The notes under the pieces were generated by a model that saw only the letters and a list, made by a program, of their open reading frames with translations, did not search any database and was not told the DNA's origin. Shown here in pieces: positions 12,703 through 26,268 of a stretch of 64,000 bases of DNA. The stretch lies in NCBI RefSeq assembly GCF_009914755.1, contig NC_060942.1; one strand, written 5' to 3'. The position numbers and the translations under genes were made by a program. Source of the stretch: the human T2T-CHM13v2.0 reference genome, Homo sapiens. How positions within the stretch are numbered: position 1 is the first letter of the stretch; the number at the start of each line of letters is the position of its first letter.

Positions 12703-15010
12703 CCAGCCAATACCTCAACTGTAGCTTTGTGAGAGACTCTAAAGCAGAGTGTACAGCTGAATCACACCTGGATTCCAGACCCACAGAAACTGGGAGAAGA
12801 TGGATGTGTCTTATTTTAAGTCATCGTTTCAGGGTAAGTTGGGTAACAAAAGATAAATAGGACTATAACTATCTGCCTGCTTTACCATGAAATCAAGCTC
12901 TACTTACAGATGTATTTTGATCACACTGCTTCTGAGGCATGTATGATGAACATATGGAAAGTGCAATTCTTAATTCATTTCAAATGTATCCCTATTCTAT
13001 CGATTGTTCAGGTCTTTAATAAACCTTACGAATATCAGTGACTCTATGTTTTATTCCTATATTAATTCTAATATATTATAAATATTTATTAAAACTATAA
13101 TTTTCAACATAAAGTATTTCCCTTCCAATAAGTACACTGTCTTTTTGGTATGGGTATTGGGATTCAGAGTCAGACATGAAGAAGTCAGTATTAAAGGCCA
13201 GCCATAAAAAGCAGCTGAGAGTATCCCTGAGGCAAGATCGTGTTTTAAAAGTAATCATTTATTTGAGAATTTTTTGAGTAGTTCTCAAATTAATGTTAAG
13301 AAAAAAAAAATACATGTAGTGGGATTAAATTTTAGAAACTAGAGGAAAAAGTTGCTAAGTGCAACCAAGGTTATTTTAGTATAAATATTTAAGTTTAGCT
13401 TCAGAAGTTAAAATTCAGAACTTTGACATAATATGAACCATGGAGGACACTTTGTGAGATAACCTAACAAAGGAACTTTCTGTCCTCAGGATGCTGATTA
13501 ATAAATGACAAACCAATGCCTCCTGTAACAAATATTTCATGGAAAACACTTCTTTTGAAATTCTGTGAAAGTTTGGTAACATATTAAAGTGTTTCAAGGA
13601 ATCTCATTTTGACCTCTCATCATCTTTGCCTTTTAATAATTATTTTTAGAACATTTTCTCTTAAAAAATTATCACTGCCATATTTGTGAAGGGAAAGGGT
13701 CACATATAGTTTTCCCATGTTTTCCCATGTAGTCCATTGTCTATCAAGTAGCTAAAAACTCTTCAGAATGTATTTATGCCTTTTTTGATCACTAAGATCA
13801 TGAAACCAGCTTTTTGTCTATTTAAACTTAAAATCAGTAGGTAGAAGCACAGCTGAGGAAATGACTAATGGGGAATTAACCAATCTCTGAAATATGGTAG
13901 GACAGAGTGGAAGAGCTTTGGAATATGTTATAACCACATTTCAACTTTAGCTCTTCTGTATGTAAGATGTGTGATTAAAGGCAACTCACTGTATTTGTTA
14001 TCAGTAAAATGGATAGGATTGCCATGAATATTTGACTCTATAATATAAATAAAATTGTTACAGGCACCTTACTCATGCTGACAAACTGTCGCTTTTTCCT
14101 TGGCTAAAAGCAAACGTTTTACCTGCCAGTACTATGAAAAATTGGATGACGCTACAAATTGACTTAAGCCATTTAGTTTAAAAACTTTATGAGGTTATGT
14201 TTTATATATGTTCTTCCATGAGAAGAGGAGGGAAGAGATATGTTAATAAGACTACACCTAATCCAGATTCTATGCCTCCAATAACAGGACCGAGGAGAAA
14301 GCCTTTAAATATCTATTACTCTAGATGATGGCCCCTCCCTCAGCCTGCACAGTACCATTGGCCCTGCACAGTATCATTGACATCCCAGAATGCTTGCCTT
14401 CCCTGGAAAGACCTGGGCCCTCCCATTTCCCTCTCACAGCACTGACAACCTCAGCACCACTGGCTGCCTAGGGGTCACCAGTCCAACCTCAGATACGTGA
14501 TTCAAACCTGCTTATATCACAAGAACCCTAAGACTCCCAGGTCATCCCTGTTACCTGACTTTTATCACCACAGAGCTCTGCCTTTTCAGCATCTTTCATT
14601 GACTCAGAGTCACTCATGAGCAAAATTCCCCAAACCATCATTTATTTTTAATTGTTTTCCTTATCTTCTAACACCTTGTACCCAAACCATCATTTGTGAG
14701 TATTTTATTTGGTTTCTTGTTCTAAACAAACTTAGCTCTCCCTAAGCATACTACTTCACAAGTAGCCTTTCAAGTTTCTTTCTTCTTCTCATGCCACTAG
14801 AAGTGAGAGGCTCAAAGTAAAAAGGCTTGCTCCTTGCTCCTTGCTCCTCACAGCCAGTCTAGACCCAAGACTGTACCATGCAGGACTCCCTGATACAGTC
14901 ATCTACAGGATCTGGGTCCCTCTCCCTTACCTGATTAACTTTTTACTATACCAACCACTATTCTCTCAAACAAGACTTTCTAGGTCTCTGAAAGAAGAGA
15001 GTCTTCTAAT

Positions 15011-15331
<321 letters not shown>

Positions 15332-15472
15332 CTAACACAATCTTTGTACATTGAAATCCTTTCCTCCAATAGTCTTCTCCACTTTATGTCTGCTGTTTAT
15401 CATGTGCTAGAATTTGCCATTACCAGCAACTATTATCATTGTTAGAAGCTTGTTTTCAAATATAATCTTTTA

Positions 15473-15552
15473 TTACGTTGGTGCGAAAGTTATTGTGGTC
15501 TTTACCATTACTTTGAATGGCGAAAACCACAATTACTTTTACACCAACCTAA
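15473..15552. mobile_element. MADE1 (Hsmar1-derived 80-bp mariner MITE)
   Basis: 80-bp palindromic ttacgttggtgcgaaag...cttttacaccaacctaa with flanking TA duplications (15471-2, 15553-4). Confidence 0.93.
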
Positions 15553-16454
15553 TATCTTTCTAGCTCACAATTTTGTAAAATTAAGTTACCTAATTCCAAC
15601 AATTTTTGACCAAAGAAGGCCTGCAATCCATGTAAACACCATATTCCCCTTAGACATGACACTCTTGTTTGCTCCTTTCTCTCCAACTCCACTGGTCCCT
15701 TGCTGTTGTCACAACTACAGGCACCCTGCTGCCTCAGGGCATTTGAATTTGCTCTTCCATCTGCATTGCATACTTTTCCTCTTGCAAGCCACATAACAAC
15801 CTGAAAAAAGATATGCAGCCATGCAAATCCAATTACAATTTAATGCAAAATTAGGAAATAATATAGTAAAATAAGGAGATACTCCTCCATTAAGTTTGGG
15901 GTCATGATGCATGGGACTAACAGGTATTATAAACGTGGCATAGCTCTGAAAAGGCATTGCGTTTCTGGGCTAACAACAATCATATTCTTGTCTATATCAG
16001 GGTCAACACATCAATATATTCCTTCCAGCAAACTACAGTTCTTAAATGTAATTCATTTCCAACTTAATGAACTATTGAAACATAACTAATTTTGTCATGC
16101 TAATAAATGAACCCTCCCATGAAGGTTTAGATAGCAATCTTTGATGCACAGTTCATGACCACCACAAAATTGCGAGCTCCTATTTAGAATGTTTCAAATA
16201 CTGATGGAGGGTGTCTAAAGTAAATATTTCAAACCGGTATTTCAAAAGTTAACCACCAGACAGAATTTGAGTATTGATTAAAGAAAGTAACATACACATG
16301 GATCACATGGTGTATTATGCAGTATTTAATGGCAAAAGAATTGATTACATGCCAGACAATTTGCTTTTATCTATACTAACATTATATGGAATCACCTATC
16401 AGCAATGAACAAGAAAGTGGATCCTATCATGTTCTTGCTGAGAATATACATAAT

Positions 16455-16925
16455 TGTGTTGGTTGGCATCTCCCAAGAGGCAGACAGACCCCAAGATGAG
16501 ATTATAAGTACAAAAAGTTTATTGAGGAATGTGCTTGGAAAGCATAAATACATGGAATCAGAAGTAGACAAGGGAGAACGGTCAGATTAAAAACTCTAAC
16601 CAGATGCTTTTGAAAAGGGAGTGGGAAAAAAGAAGGATAAGATAGATCTAAAATTGTCACACTATTCTTGTAAATTTTGGTTGAGCTTGTGGGAATTCTT
16701 TGAGTCCAAACACTCTGTAAGGGTAGTCTCATGTCCCATTGAGATGGGCTAGCACTAGTAGCCCTGTCATGGTCAATCATTGGCTGGGAGCAGCCTGGGG
16801 AAATTATGAACTTGGAAATCTATGGTGGTAGATCCAGAGACCATAGGGATGCTCACTGGGCTGTCAACTATACTCCCCATAGCAGGTCTGTCATACGGGG
16901 GATTCTCATGGCCACCGCAATAACC
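16455..16925 (-). mobile_element. LTR16-family ERVL solo LTR
   Basis: 'gcagacagaccccaagatgag...agtttattgagga...tcaatcattggctgggagcagcctgggg'. Confidence 0.75.
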
Positions 16926-16954
16926 ATACCCCCAAAACGTTTGTAAAAGGCTGA

Positions 16955-16985
16955 TGTGTGTGTGTGTGTGTCTGTGTGTGTGTGT
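16955..16985. repeat. (TG)n microsatellite
   Basis: Direct reading. Confidence 0.95.
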
Positions 16986-19134
16986 TTTGCCTTATCAAAT
17001 ATATATGGTGACTTAAATTGAATGTTGAACACCAAGCATTATTGTTAGTTCATTTTTGTAAAAGTAAGTCATGTATTTTACCACCATTCCACTTGTAATT
17101 TAAACATCATGGGTTAAGGAATGGATGATCAGAATGCATTCTCATTATTGTCTAACTTACACGTATTGTCTCCTGAATGCTTCACCAGGAGAGTGGTTCT
17201 TCCACTGTTGTCTTTGCTCTCTGCCACTACTGATCATCCCTTTTCACCCAGCACTCTAGGGTAGCAACTGGCTTATCTCTGCTTTTCTGCTGAGCATGAG
17301 GGGAGTAGTACAATAAAGGTTGCGTTTTCTTAAGCCTGATTAAGACTAAACATATAGATGCATATACCATGAATATGTCTTTGCTTAAAGAGTGATTTTA
17401 GTATGGAATTAAAAGTTTAAGAATGATAAACATTAAAGATCTAAAAAAACTTGCTATTTTCCTTAAAGGTTAGGATGGTAAGCACTTAGATTTTCCTAAT
17501 TAGGCCACCTTATATTTCTTTCACTTCTCATTGAGCTCTTTCATTTCTGAGTTTTGTCTATGATGCAGTTGTATATTTATCTTAATTTTGTTTCATAGCA
17601 AGTATTGTCAAAAAGCACTCTCTCTACAGTCAAGGGTACTTCTATCAACTTAACTTGCACTTCATGCTAATATGATGGCAGTGCACTTCACACAGGTATG
17701 CATGACCAAGTTTCTGCAAGTGAAAATGAATGTATTAACTCATTAGTTGGAAAGTTTGTACTTGAGCTCTATAAATAGGTAAGAGGAACTTCATTTGGTT
17801 GGATGTCACAAAGAATTAAATTGCTCTAGTGGCATCAAGATATTTAATAAAGTATCAAAATATGAAAACTTAAAACATGTGGAAAAGGAAGCTCTGTATA
17901 AGAAATTGTGACACTATTAATATAAGCTTGCAGTGGGCCATTTGAGCACTCCTGCTGGGAAATATTACGGGGTAATCCAACATGATGCATGTTGAGGCTT
18001 TCTAACATTCTGTGATTGTTTTCAAGTTATTTCCATACTAATGTTACATATGATGTGAATATGCAAGATTAGAAATAAAATTATTCTTCAGAAAAGTATT
18101 TTGAATGTATAAACACTGCAGAACATTTTTCATTAGTATTCAAATGAAATTGATGTTTAGTTTACGCAAAAACTGAAATCTGAGATATAATTACATTCTT
18201 ATCCCAATCTCATTCACATGTAATCATTAGAAATACATACTGAAACAAAAAGCATTTGAAGAGCTTTTGATGTTAAAAATCTAGTCAATTAAAATATTAT
18301 TTGTCATATTATTTTATTGAAAAACACACAAAATCATTTTAATTACAAAGCTAATAGTATCTCAATATACTAAATTTAACTTCACCACTCAAATGTTTGA
18401 TCTGTCTCAGCAGATTTTGCATTCACTATGTATAACAAAGAATAAATCCAGTTCCTAGGAGGAAGCAACTTACTTCTTCTAAAGATCGGTTTATGTCCAA
18501 GCACTCCAAGCACTTATATTTTCTTTTCACTTTAAGCATCTTCTAGAAAATCCCAAGAACACTTTTATGTAAATAAAATCTGTAGCAAAAGTATTTCTAA
18601 CCTAAACCAGTGAATAGTAGTTGCTTTTTGCACCAATAAAATTGATAGTTACCATGCAAGCTACATTTTTTGTTCTGTACTCTCTTGGTAGGTATTTCTT
18701 GAAACAAGATAACAATTGCTTCACTGATTGCTTCTCACTGGGAAAGACTCTTAAATGAAAAATACACTAGGTAGTTTCTGTGTCAGAAATCAACACTGTC
18801 ACTGGGAGGAAAGTATGCAAAATGTATTACTTTGGCATTTTTGTAAAGTTATATTGTCCTACAGGGGAACAAGGATGCTTGTTTGCACTAGGATCCAAAA
18901 TACACTAGGCTTTGCTTCCTTTTATAACAAAGTTTTGCCTTCACTCTATTTTTTTAAATATTAAGACAAAAAAACTGAATCCCATGTTAACAATTTTGTT
19001 TACATGTAATGATAATGGAGAAGGCATATATAAAGTTATTGTTAGCCTTATAACTAATGCCTAAATTAATGAACATGAAAAATAGTGCTATATAATTTTG
19101 TTTTCCTACGTTAAGTGAGTTACAGTCAATGGTA

Positions 19135-19196
19135 GTATCAAAATAGACTAAGCCAGGCTGCCGTTAAATGTGGTTAAAATGTGTGTGTGTCTGTGT

Positions 19197-19242
<46 letters not shown>

Positions 19243-20235
19243 CACAGAGCCTTGGTGGCTTAAAGGCAAATGATTATTTCTTCCCAACCTACAGATGATA
19301 AAGAAAGGTTAGGATTCTGTTTTGTGTCACACACTCCAGGACTAAAGCCAACAGGGCAGATACTGTAATGAATTCATGCCTGTTGTAAAGACCCAGAGAA
19401 AGAAAAGTGGATGGGTTGTCCACTGTTTCTTTAAATTTCTAGGCCTGACAAATGTCACTTCTTCTCACATTTTATGGCCTTTCAATGGAGCAGGGCAGTG
19501 AAATAATATTAGGTTCCTAGAAGGAGAGCCAGCAATATTAGGGGGCAGTCCCAGTGATGACCACAGCCTGACTATCTGTCTTCCAAACATTCAACTCTTC
19601 TCCTTACTACCTGCAGACTCACTCACTCCTCTAGGGGACAACACAAAATTTTCCTTCAGTCACTTCATTATAGCTCAAATTCCAGGAACTCTGATTGATA
19701 TCTGTTTCATTTTTTCCACATCTAGATGTGGCTACTCGATCTAGAGACCTATATATTAGAATGACTAGTTTTCCCAAAACTGAAACTTGCAATGATAAAA
19801 TGGGCACAGAGCCCTCAATATACTCTTTATTTGGAAAGAATACTAGGTCGATTAGATCAGTCACTGATAGGCAGCAATTCTGAACTTTCCCACCCAGGCA
19901 TGGCAAGCATCCTTTCCCTGGAGACAGAAAATGCTCCTGGGTTAGGCATTGATTCTGCTCCCTAGGAGGGAACATCACTCAATTTTTCCCCATAACTGTT
20001 GGCATCACTTTCTGGAAGTTTCTTTTTCATCAATTATTGGAAAGGAATATGCACTTCTGTGAGGGACTAGGCATTTTTTTTCAGCCTATTTCCTACCTTT
20101 AGTCACCTGGAGACCAAAGAGACATTTTAAGTCTTAAATAGTCACAGTGTATTTAGATCCAGGGAAGCGGATACATTGGCAGTGCTAATGTCTCAAAAAC
20201 CTTAATGGCCTCTGTGTCTTTCCTTTCCCACCAGC
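19135..20235 (-). mobile_element. Old MLT1 LTR plus MaLR internal remnant, containing (TG)n at ~19179-19237
   Basis: LTR motifs 'ggtggcttaaaggcaaatg...gtcacttcttctcacattttatggcc...gaccacag' followed by MLT-int-like sequence. Confidence 0.55.
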
Positions 20236-21129
20236 ACGCCAACCTTGAATGGGTGTATGTGGTGGGCAGAATTCTAAAATATTTTTTCAGATAATGATTT
20301 GATTTGAATACATGTGAATTTAATTGAATACATATGTGTTTATATTGGACAATATCAAATAGGCAGTCAGGAGTTAACTTCATCAAGTACCAGAAACAAA
20401 TGAAATGTCTTACGATTACTTAGGTTTTACCAAATTTTCACAAATCAGGAAAGTGAAATTGTGGTTGTTGCTCTTGTTTTTTTTAATATTGTCATAATAT
20501 TTGGTTCAGGTTATATAAGGAGATAAGTCTAGTATAGGATTTTCTGAAATTAGCTGCTTGATTTTAACTGAGAGATTTGCAGTTTTGGATTTCAGTATTT
20601 TGTCTTTCACCCTATTGCTGCAATCACAGTTTGAACAGGTAATAAAAATGGGAAAGATGGAAAGTTTTTTATTTTGTGTTTTATACAAGAAAATAAAAAT
20701 GTAAATTATTTAATTTTAAATTAAGCTGGAGGCTGAAGGATTACAATATCAGTTGCATACACTACATGACAAAAAATGGTGAAATATTGATCACACAAAA
20801 TGTCTTTATTTAAATAAGTTATTATCATTATATTTAATTACACTATTTTGCCCCAGATTTTATCAGGTTGTGAGTTTAATTTGGCAGGTAATCTTCTTTG
20901 ACTCATTATAGCCTTGTCGCTATTTCTTTCCAATGAGTAAACAGAAACCATAAACTTCTTTAAAAGATTGAGAATGCAATTTAGAAAGAGATGTTTTAAA
21001 AAGTATTGAGAAGATGTGGAAAAATAAAACTGAATTATAACAATGTTACAATGATTAGATAAAATGAGTGGAGAAGTATTTGACTCTCTTCAAAATTAAG
21101 CAAAGAATTGTGTAGAATTAGGATTATTT

Positions 21130-21340
21130 CTGTGTTATTTGATTATGGAATTTGTTTGTGAAACCATATGGCATTGGCATTTTTTGGAAGTTCTTAAACT
21201 AAGAATTACATTTCTCTAATAGATATGGGACAATTCCAGTTATTCATTTTATCAGTTGATTTTGATAGCTTGTGTTACTCAAAGAGTAAGTGTTTAATTT
21301 ATTGGCATGCAGCTTCTCATATTTCCTCACTGTTAAAAGG
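21130..21340 (-). mobile_element. L1M ORF2 fragment
   Basis: 'gtgaaaccatatggc...atttctctaatagatatgggacaattccag...ttttgatagcttgtg'. Confidence 0.6.
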
Positions 21341-21490
21341 CCAATATAATATTTCCTTCAAAGGCTAAGATAAATTTGTAAATTAATGGATTATAAATAA
21401 ATGTATAAAACCATAAATTACATACAAGCAGTAGTTATTTCATATATCACATATCTGATAAATTGGAAACTAATAATTATTTCTTCAAAG

Positions 21491-21709
21491 CCAGGGTTCT
21501 CAGATTTGACACAATTGCCATTTGGAGCTGGACAATTTTCTGTTGAAGGCAGTTGTCTTGTGTACATTTTTTCCTGCTTTGCAGCATCTCTGGCCAGTAT
21601 CCATACATGGAAGTGGCACCCTCTCTTCCCCAGGTGAAAAAAACAAAAAAGCTCCAAGCATTGCAAATGTACTCTGAGGGGCACTATCACTCCTGGTGAA
21701 GAGCTACTG
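21491..21709. mobile_element. MER20 hAT-Charlie element
   Basis: cagggttctc...gcagcatctctggcc...gcattgcaaatgtactctgagggg...ctcctggtgaagagctactg; termini resemble the MER20 TIRs. Confidence 0.85.
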
Positions 21710-22687
21710 CTTTAACACAAAGGATGAGATGTCTCATCTCCCTCCTAAGGTCATGTGTACATGTATAATTAGATAAGAGGTGTATTATTCTTCCCTTTAA
21801 TCCATCTTCTTCGATAAACAAAAATGTTCAGTATAAAGGCAAACCGATAATTCAAATACGCTATTTACAAAGAGATTTGCATTCTAAATTGATGTGGCTT
21901 TGAACAGACAAATATTATAAAAGAAATTGTGTTTGTATATTATGCTAAGGATGAGACACTTTTTTACAAATAATAAGAGTTAAATATTTGAACAATTAGC
22001 ACTGTTCTCTTTGTTCTTAGAATGAACTTTCAAAATGCCTACATATATAACACATTACTACATAATTTTCAAGAAGGAATAGGAATCTTTAATGAAAGAT
22101 AAACTATTATAGAGCAATATAATCAGAAACAAAATATAGGATATTAAAAATCATACAGAGAAGCAAACTAAATTTATGCAAGTAAATTGAAGAATATAGG
22201 TTTTAAAAAAGGGTTTTGTTTAGGTACAAATTAACACAGACACATTAGAGTGATGAATATGGAATTGTGATTTATGTAAACAAAACATCACATAAAATAT
22301 ATGACTCCAATTATTGGTATTTCATTTTATACCTATTTTAAGAGATTTAGGAATGTGTGGTTTTGGACTATCTCATTGTTTTATGCTCCAATTTAATTTA
22401 GATACATGATTTACATTGTAATTTTAAATGTTTATGTTATGTGTAATACAAAGAAGAAAGTAATATTAGTCAATAATTGTGTATTTATTTATGTACTTCA
22501 AAAGCAAAGAACAATGAACCTAAAATGAACATGATACATTATCCTTTGGATAACATTTACATTTTCTTTCTCAAACAAATTATAATGACAAGCTCTTGGA
22601 TATATTTATAATGTAGATTGTTAAAATTTGGAAAAATACAAGATTTAAATGCTTTTACAGCTAAAATAATAATATGTTAAACTGTTC

Positions 22688-23100
22688 TCGGGGATTTTCC
22701 AAGATGAAATGATAGGATCTGGATTTATTCTAATATCTGAAGCAACTAAAATTAAAGGACAAAATATATGAAACAATAACGTTCAGATACGGAACATCAG
22801 GCCACACAGGACAATGATCCTTAAGAGAGAGGAAGACGTGAGGAAAGTCCTACGATTGCCCCAATATCATAACTGAGGGTCCCATGTATCTTTAGCTGAG
22901 GACTGATAAGAATACATGTGAGACAGACAACCTGTTGCCAGGCAAATAATCACCCCAAAGGAGCACAGAACTCACAGGAATATATCGTGTCCATGGGACT
23001 TTGGATAGAGGACCCCAGTGGGTATTGTCTCCCTGTTAGTATTTAGCCCTTGACTAAAGGCTGCTTTGGTCGAATCTAAAAAACCTAGAAGCAAGCACTG
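22688..23100 (+). mobile_element. L1M 5'-region fragment
   Basis: 'ggacaaaatatatgaaacaataacgttcagatacggaacatcagg...gatccttaagagagagg...cctacgattgcccca' resembles old L1M 5' ends. Confidence 0.6.
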
Positions 23101-23267
23101 ATTTCCTCTAACCGTACACTCCAGAGCCTGATCCTCCATACCTGATCACAGACTTAACACTAGGACTTAGAGTTAAAGTGACCTTATCCCGCCTAGAGTC
23201 TTCTGAGATAAATTGTTTTTCTACCTGTATTACTTGCTATTTGCTCTTAAACCTAGGCAGCATTTCA

Positions 23268-23582
23268 ATTTTTTTTCTTCTTTTTTTGAAATGGGTCTTG
23301 CTCTGTCACCAAGGCTGGAGTGCAGTGGCAAGACCATGACTCACTGTAGCCTATATACCCTCAGGTTCAAACAATCCTCCTGCTTCAGTCTACCGAATAG
23401 CTGGAACTACAAGCACGCACCACCATGTCTGGCTAATTTTTTTTTTTTTTTTTTTTTTTAATTTAAAGAAATGGATCTTTCTGTGCTGCCCAGGCTGGTC
23501 TCCAACTGCTGGCTTCAAGTGATCTTCCCACCTCGGCCTCCCACAGTGCTGGGATTACAGGCATGAGTCAACACCCCCAGCC
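23268..23582 (-). mobile_element. Alu (J-type)
   Basis: Diverged antisense Alu with expanded mid T-run. Confidence 0.95.
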
Positions 23583-23749
23583 TCAATTACTTTTTTCAAT
23601 CTGCCTGACTCTGTTGGTTTACAGGGTTTAAAGTCCTGACAATTCTCTTTACTTCTGCATCATCCTTTGCTTCTGAAAGAGACATCAGTATAAGTGTCTC
23701 TATCTGTTATTTTGTTCCTGGTTATAAGCAGTGGAAGGCTTTATTGTGT

Positions 23750-24110
23750 TAAGCATCAAAAACGGAGCTGAACGTGCGATGAAACAAACTGAATACAAAA
23801 CTAAAACGTACCATCGCAAAGTAGCAGCCTAAGAATTGCTCACTTTCAGTACCTGTGGCGAATAAAAACCTAATCTCCTCCAAAATAGTTATCGATGATG
23901 ACACTGCATGAATACCAATGAAAGAGCGCTGAATCGATTTAACCATCTGCTTTATCACATTAAGGAAGACGTCAGAGCAAATAATGATGAGCAAAGATCA
24001 ACAACAGCAAAAGCAATGTTAGTTGTCACTACCACCACACAGACACCAACATGACATAGCCGAGTCACAGATGAGTACAGTTTGAAGCAATATCACGCAT
24101 AACTAAAAGA
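23750..24110. other. Compositionally anomalous, CpG-undepleted A-rich segment of unknown origin
   Basis: Hand count over 23751-24110: A 146, C 79, G 63, CpG 12 (expected ~14); flanks nearly CpG-free; no recognisable repeat. Confidence 0.8.
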
Positions 24111-24899
24111 GGTCTTCTATTGTGTCTTCATTTGCTTGCCTCTAATAAAGTTTATGTTCCTGAAGAATTGAGGTTGGAATTTAGTACTACTTTTAGAAAA
24201 TTCTTAAAGGCTGATTTTAGGTGAGGACGCCAAGACTGAAATTTCTAATATGAGAAACAGTGTAATCCCAAGGTTGCATACTTCAGTCCTGAGCAGGAGA
24301 TAAGAACATTAATTTTACTAATTAATCATTAGGGGAAAGGAGAGCGCACTTAGGACCTCCAGCAAGAATGATGTTGAATCATGTATTTAGGACATTTTAA
24401 TGTGATTATGCTATGACAAACTTTCTTTGTTGAGCTGACAAGGACCACCTAAATTCCTGAGTTGCAATAGATTAGAGCTTTGCAATGTACATGCTGTTGA
24501 GACTGTGACCTGTAGAGAATTGTAGCAATCCTATGAAAGCAGCATGACTCCTTCACTATTGGGATTGAAAGCCCCAGTGACAGGTCACTTCCTCCATCAT
24601 ACCAAAGTGTATGAACATATTCTAATACACTAAGAAATCTTTATTAGCCAATGTTCTTTGCTTTTCTCTTACTTTTTTTAATTATTGAAATTTAATAGCA
24701 ACATATTTTATGGATTTAAGTACAAACTGTGATAAGTTATAGAAAATATGAATATATTCATAATGATAGCATGCTCACAGTTTTCCTCTGTATACTTCCC
24801 CTATTATAGCAGCTTAGTGGTGCTGGTTTGTTTTCCGTAGTGTAAAATAGATGAATTCAATGTGACCTTTCCTACACCATGTGTTCAGCAAATATGATA

Positions 24900-25130
24900 C
24901 GCTCTGGGGAATTAATGACTCATCACCACCATTACCCTAGCAAACCCATCAATATTGTAATTTGTACAAACCATAAACTGGGCGTTGGAAGGATACTGAA
25001 ATTAAATTGACATTGAATGAAAGTTAAAATCGCAGCCCCCTTCACATATGCAGATGTGGCTTCCTTCATTTTAATAAGGCATTACAAAGGAGTTTCCTGA
25101 TTGATAGATAGTTGATATTTATGGACCATC
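24900..25130. promoter_or_regulatory. Candidate enhancer (TF motif cluster in unique DNA)
   Basis: ATGACTCAT 24915, CCATAAA 24971, CATATG/CAGATG 25045-25056, TGATTGAT 25098, TTTATGG 25118. Confidence 0.3.
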
Positions 25131-25889
25131 TAAAATGGGTAAAGTTGCAGAAAAATTATTCAAAATGATTTTTCTAACTTTTTATAACTTACATTCATTG
25201 ATGCACATGTGAAACTTTATGTGTTGATGAAAACTCAATTGACAGTCTGTCAACTCACTTCATGTTGTTTGTTTTTAAACTTTTTTGGGAATAAGGGCTG
25301 CCTGTTAACTTTCTAATCCCATTAATCCTAGTAGTTTGGAGGCAGCAGATATTGATGATATATTCACATATAAATGTTTATTACATTTAAAAGATTATTT
25401 TTAGTTATTATTATTTGATTTTGTATTTCTATTTAATTTGCTTCAAAATACAATAGAAGGATTACCTTTCTTAGTAAAAACAGACAATAATCACTTTGGT
25501 CTAATGTAACACTGGCTGTGATAGAGTAGCTTGTAACATGTTCATGTTCCTTCAATAACCATGATGGAAGCTACATAAAATAGTCAAGTAAACACAAATG
25601 TCATGGAAGGCATCTAAGCCTTGAAAGATCAAGATTTTGGAGAGACAGAAAGAAGGGCTTACTGAAGAGGGTCTAGCATTCTGCACGTCTTTTCTTCCTC
25701 TGGGTATTGTCTAGTAGTTGGGTATAGGAGAGAATCTAAGAAGCCAGTTAGAGCCAGATAGCCAAGAGGCAGAGAAACCAGCAAAGCTTTCAGAGATATC
25801 ATAAGATACAATGGCAAACAATGCTGCTTGAAAGGCCAAGAACATGGAGAAGAGAGAGGTCCAGAAATTTTAACTTGATATAAGGCATT

Positions 25890-26268
25890 TGTATTAGTCC
25901 ATTTCCATAATGCATAAGGAACTGCCCAAGGCTGGGTAATTTATAAAGGAAAGAGGTTTAATTGGCTCAAAGTTCAGCATGGCTGGGGAGGCCTCAGGAA
26001 ACTTAACAATCATGGCGGAAGGTGAAAGGGAAGCAAGCCACCTTCCTCACAGGGCAGCAGGAAGGAGAAGTGCTGAGCAAAGGTGGAAGAGCCCCTTATA
26101 AAACCATCAGATCTCCTGAGAACTCACTCACTGTCATGAGAACAGCATGGGGGAGACCACTCCCATGATTCAATTACCTCCACCTGGTCTCTCCCTTGAC
26201 ATGTGGGGATTATGGGAATTACAACTCAAGATGATATTTGGGTGGAGACACAAAGCCTAACCATATCA
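25890..26268 (-). mobile_element. THE1D/MSTA-like MaLR solo LTR
   Basis: tgtattagtcc...ggagacacaaagcctaaccatatca; degenerate TSD gcatt/atatt. Confidence 0.93.

Larger units (their letters stand above)
11925..12862 (+). mobile_element. MLT1 (E/F-like) LTR split by duplication B and by an MST LTR
   Basis: 'aagcccttagtccaacaacc...aagccttcaaatgag' resumes as 'ccagccaatacctc...gtgagagactct...ccacagaaactgggag...ttattttaag'. Confidence 0.8.

Noticed and set aside
15473-15552. Strong 80-bp hairpin that looks like a pre-miRNA
   Set aside because: Explained by the MADE1 terminal inverted repeats; the sequence alone gives no evidence of expression.
23891-23938. C/D-box snoRNA-like arrangement ATCG-ATGATGA...CTGA-ATCGAT inside the CpG-rich island
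   Set aside because: Only ~38 nt from box C to box D, no clear C'/D' boxes, and the terminal stem does not fit kink-turn geometry; probably chance, though an Rfam scan would settle it.
23750-24110. CRISPR-like array, NUMT or recoded gene as an explanation for the island
   Set aside because: I found no periodic repeat, recognised no mitochondrial gene, and all six frames contain stops, of mixed types.
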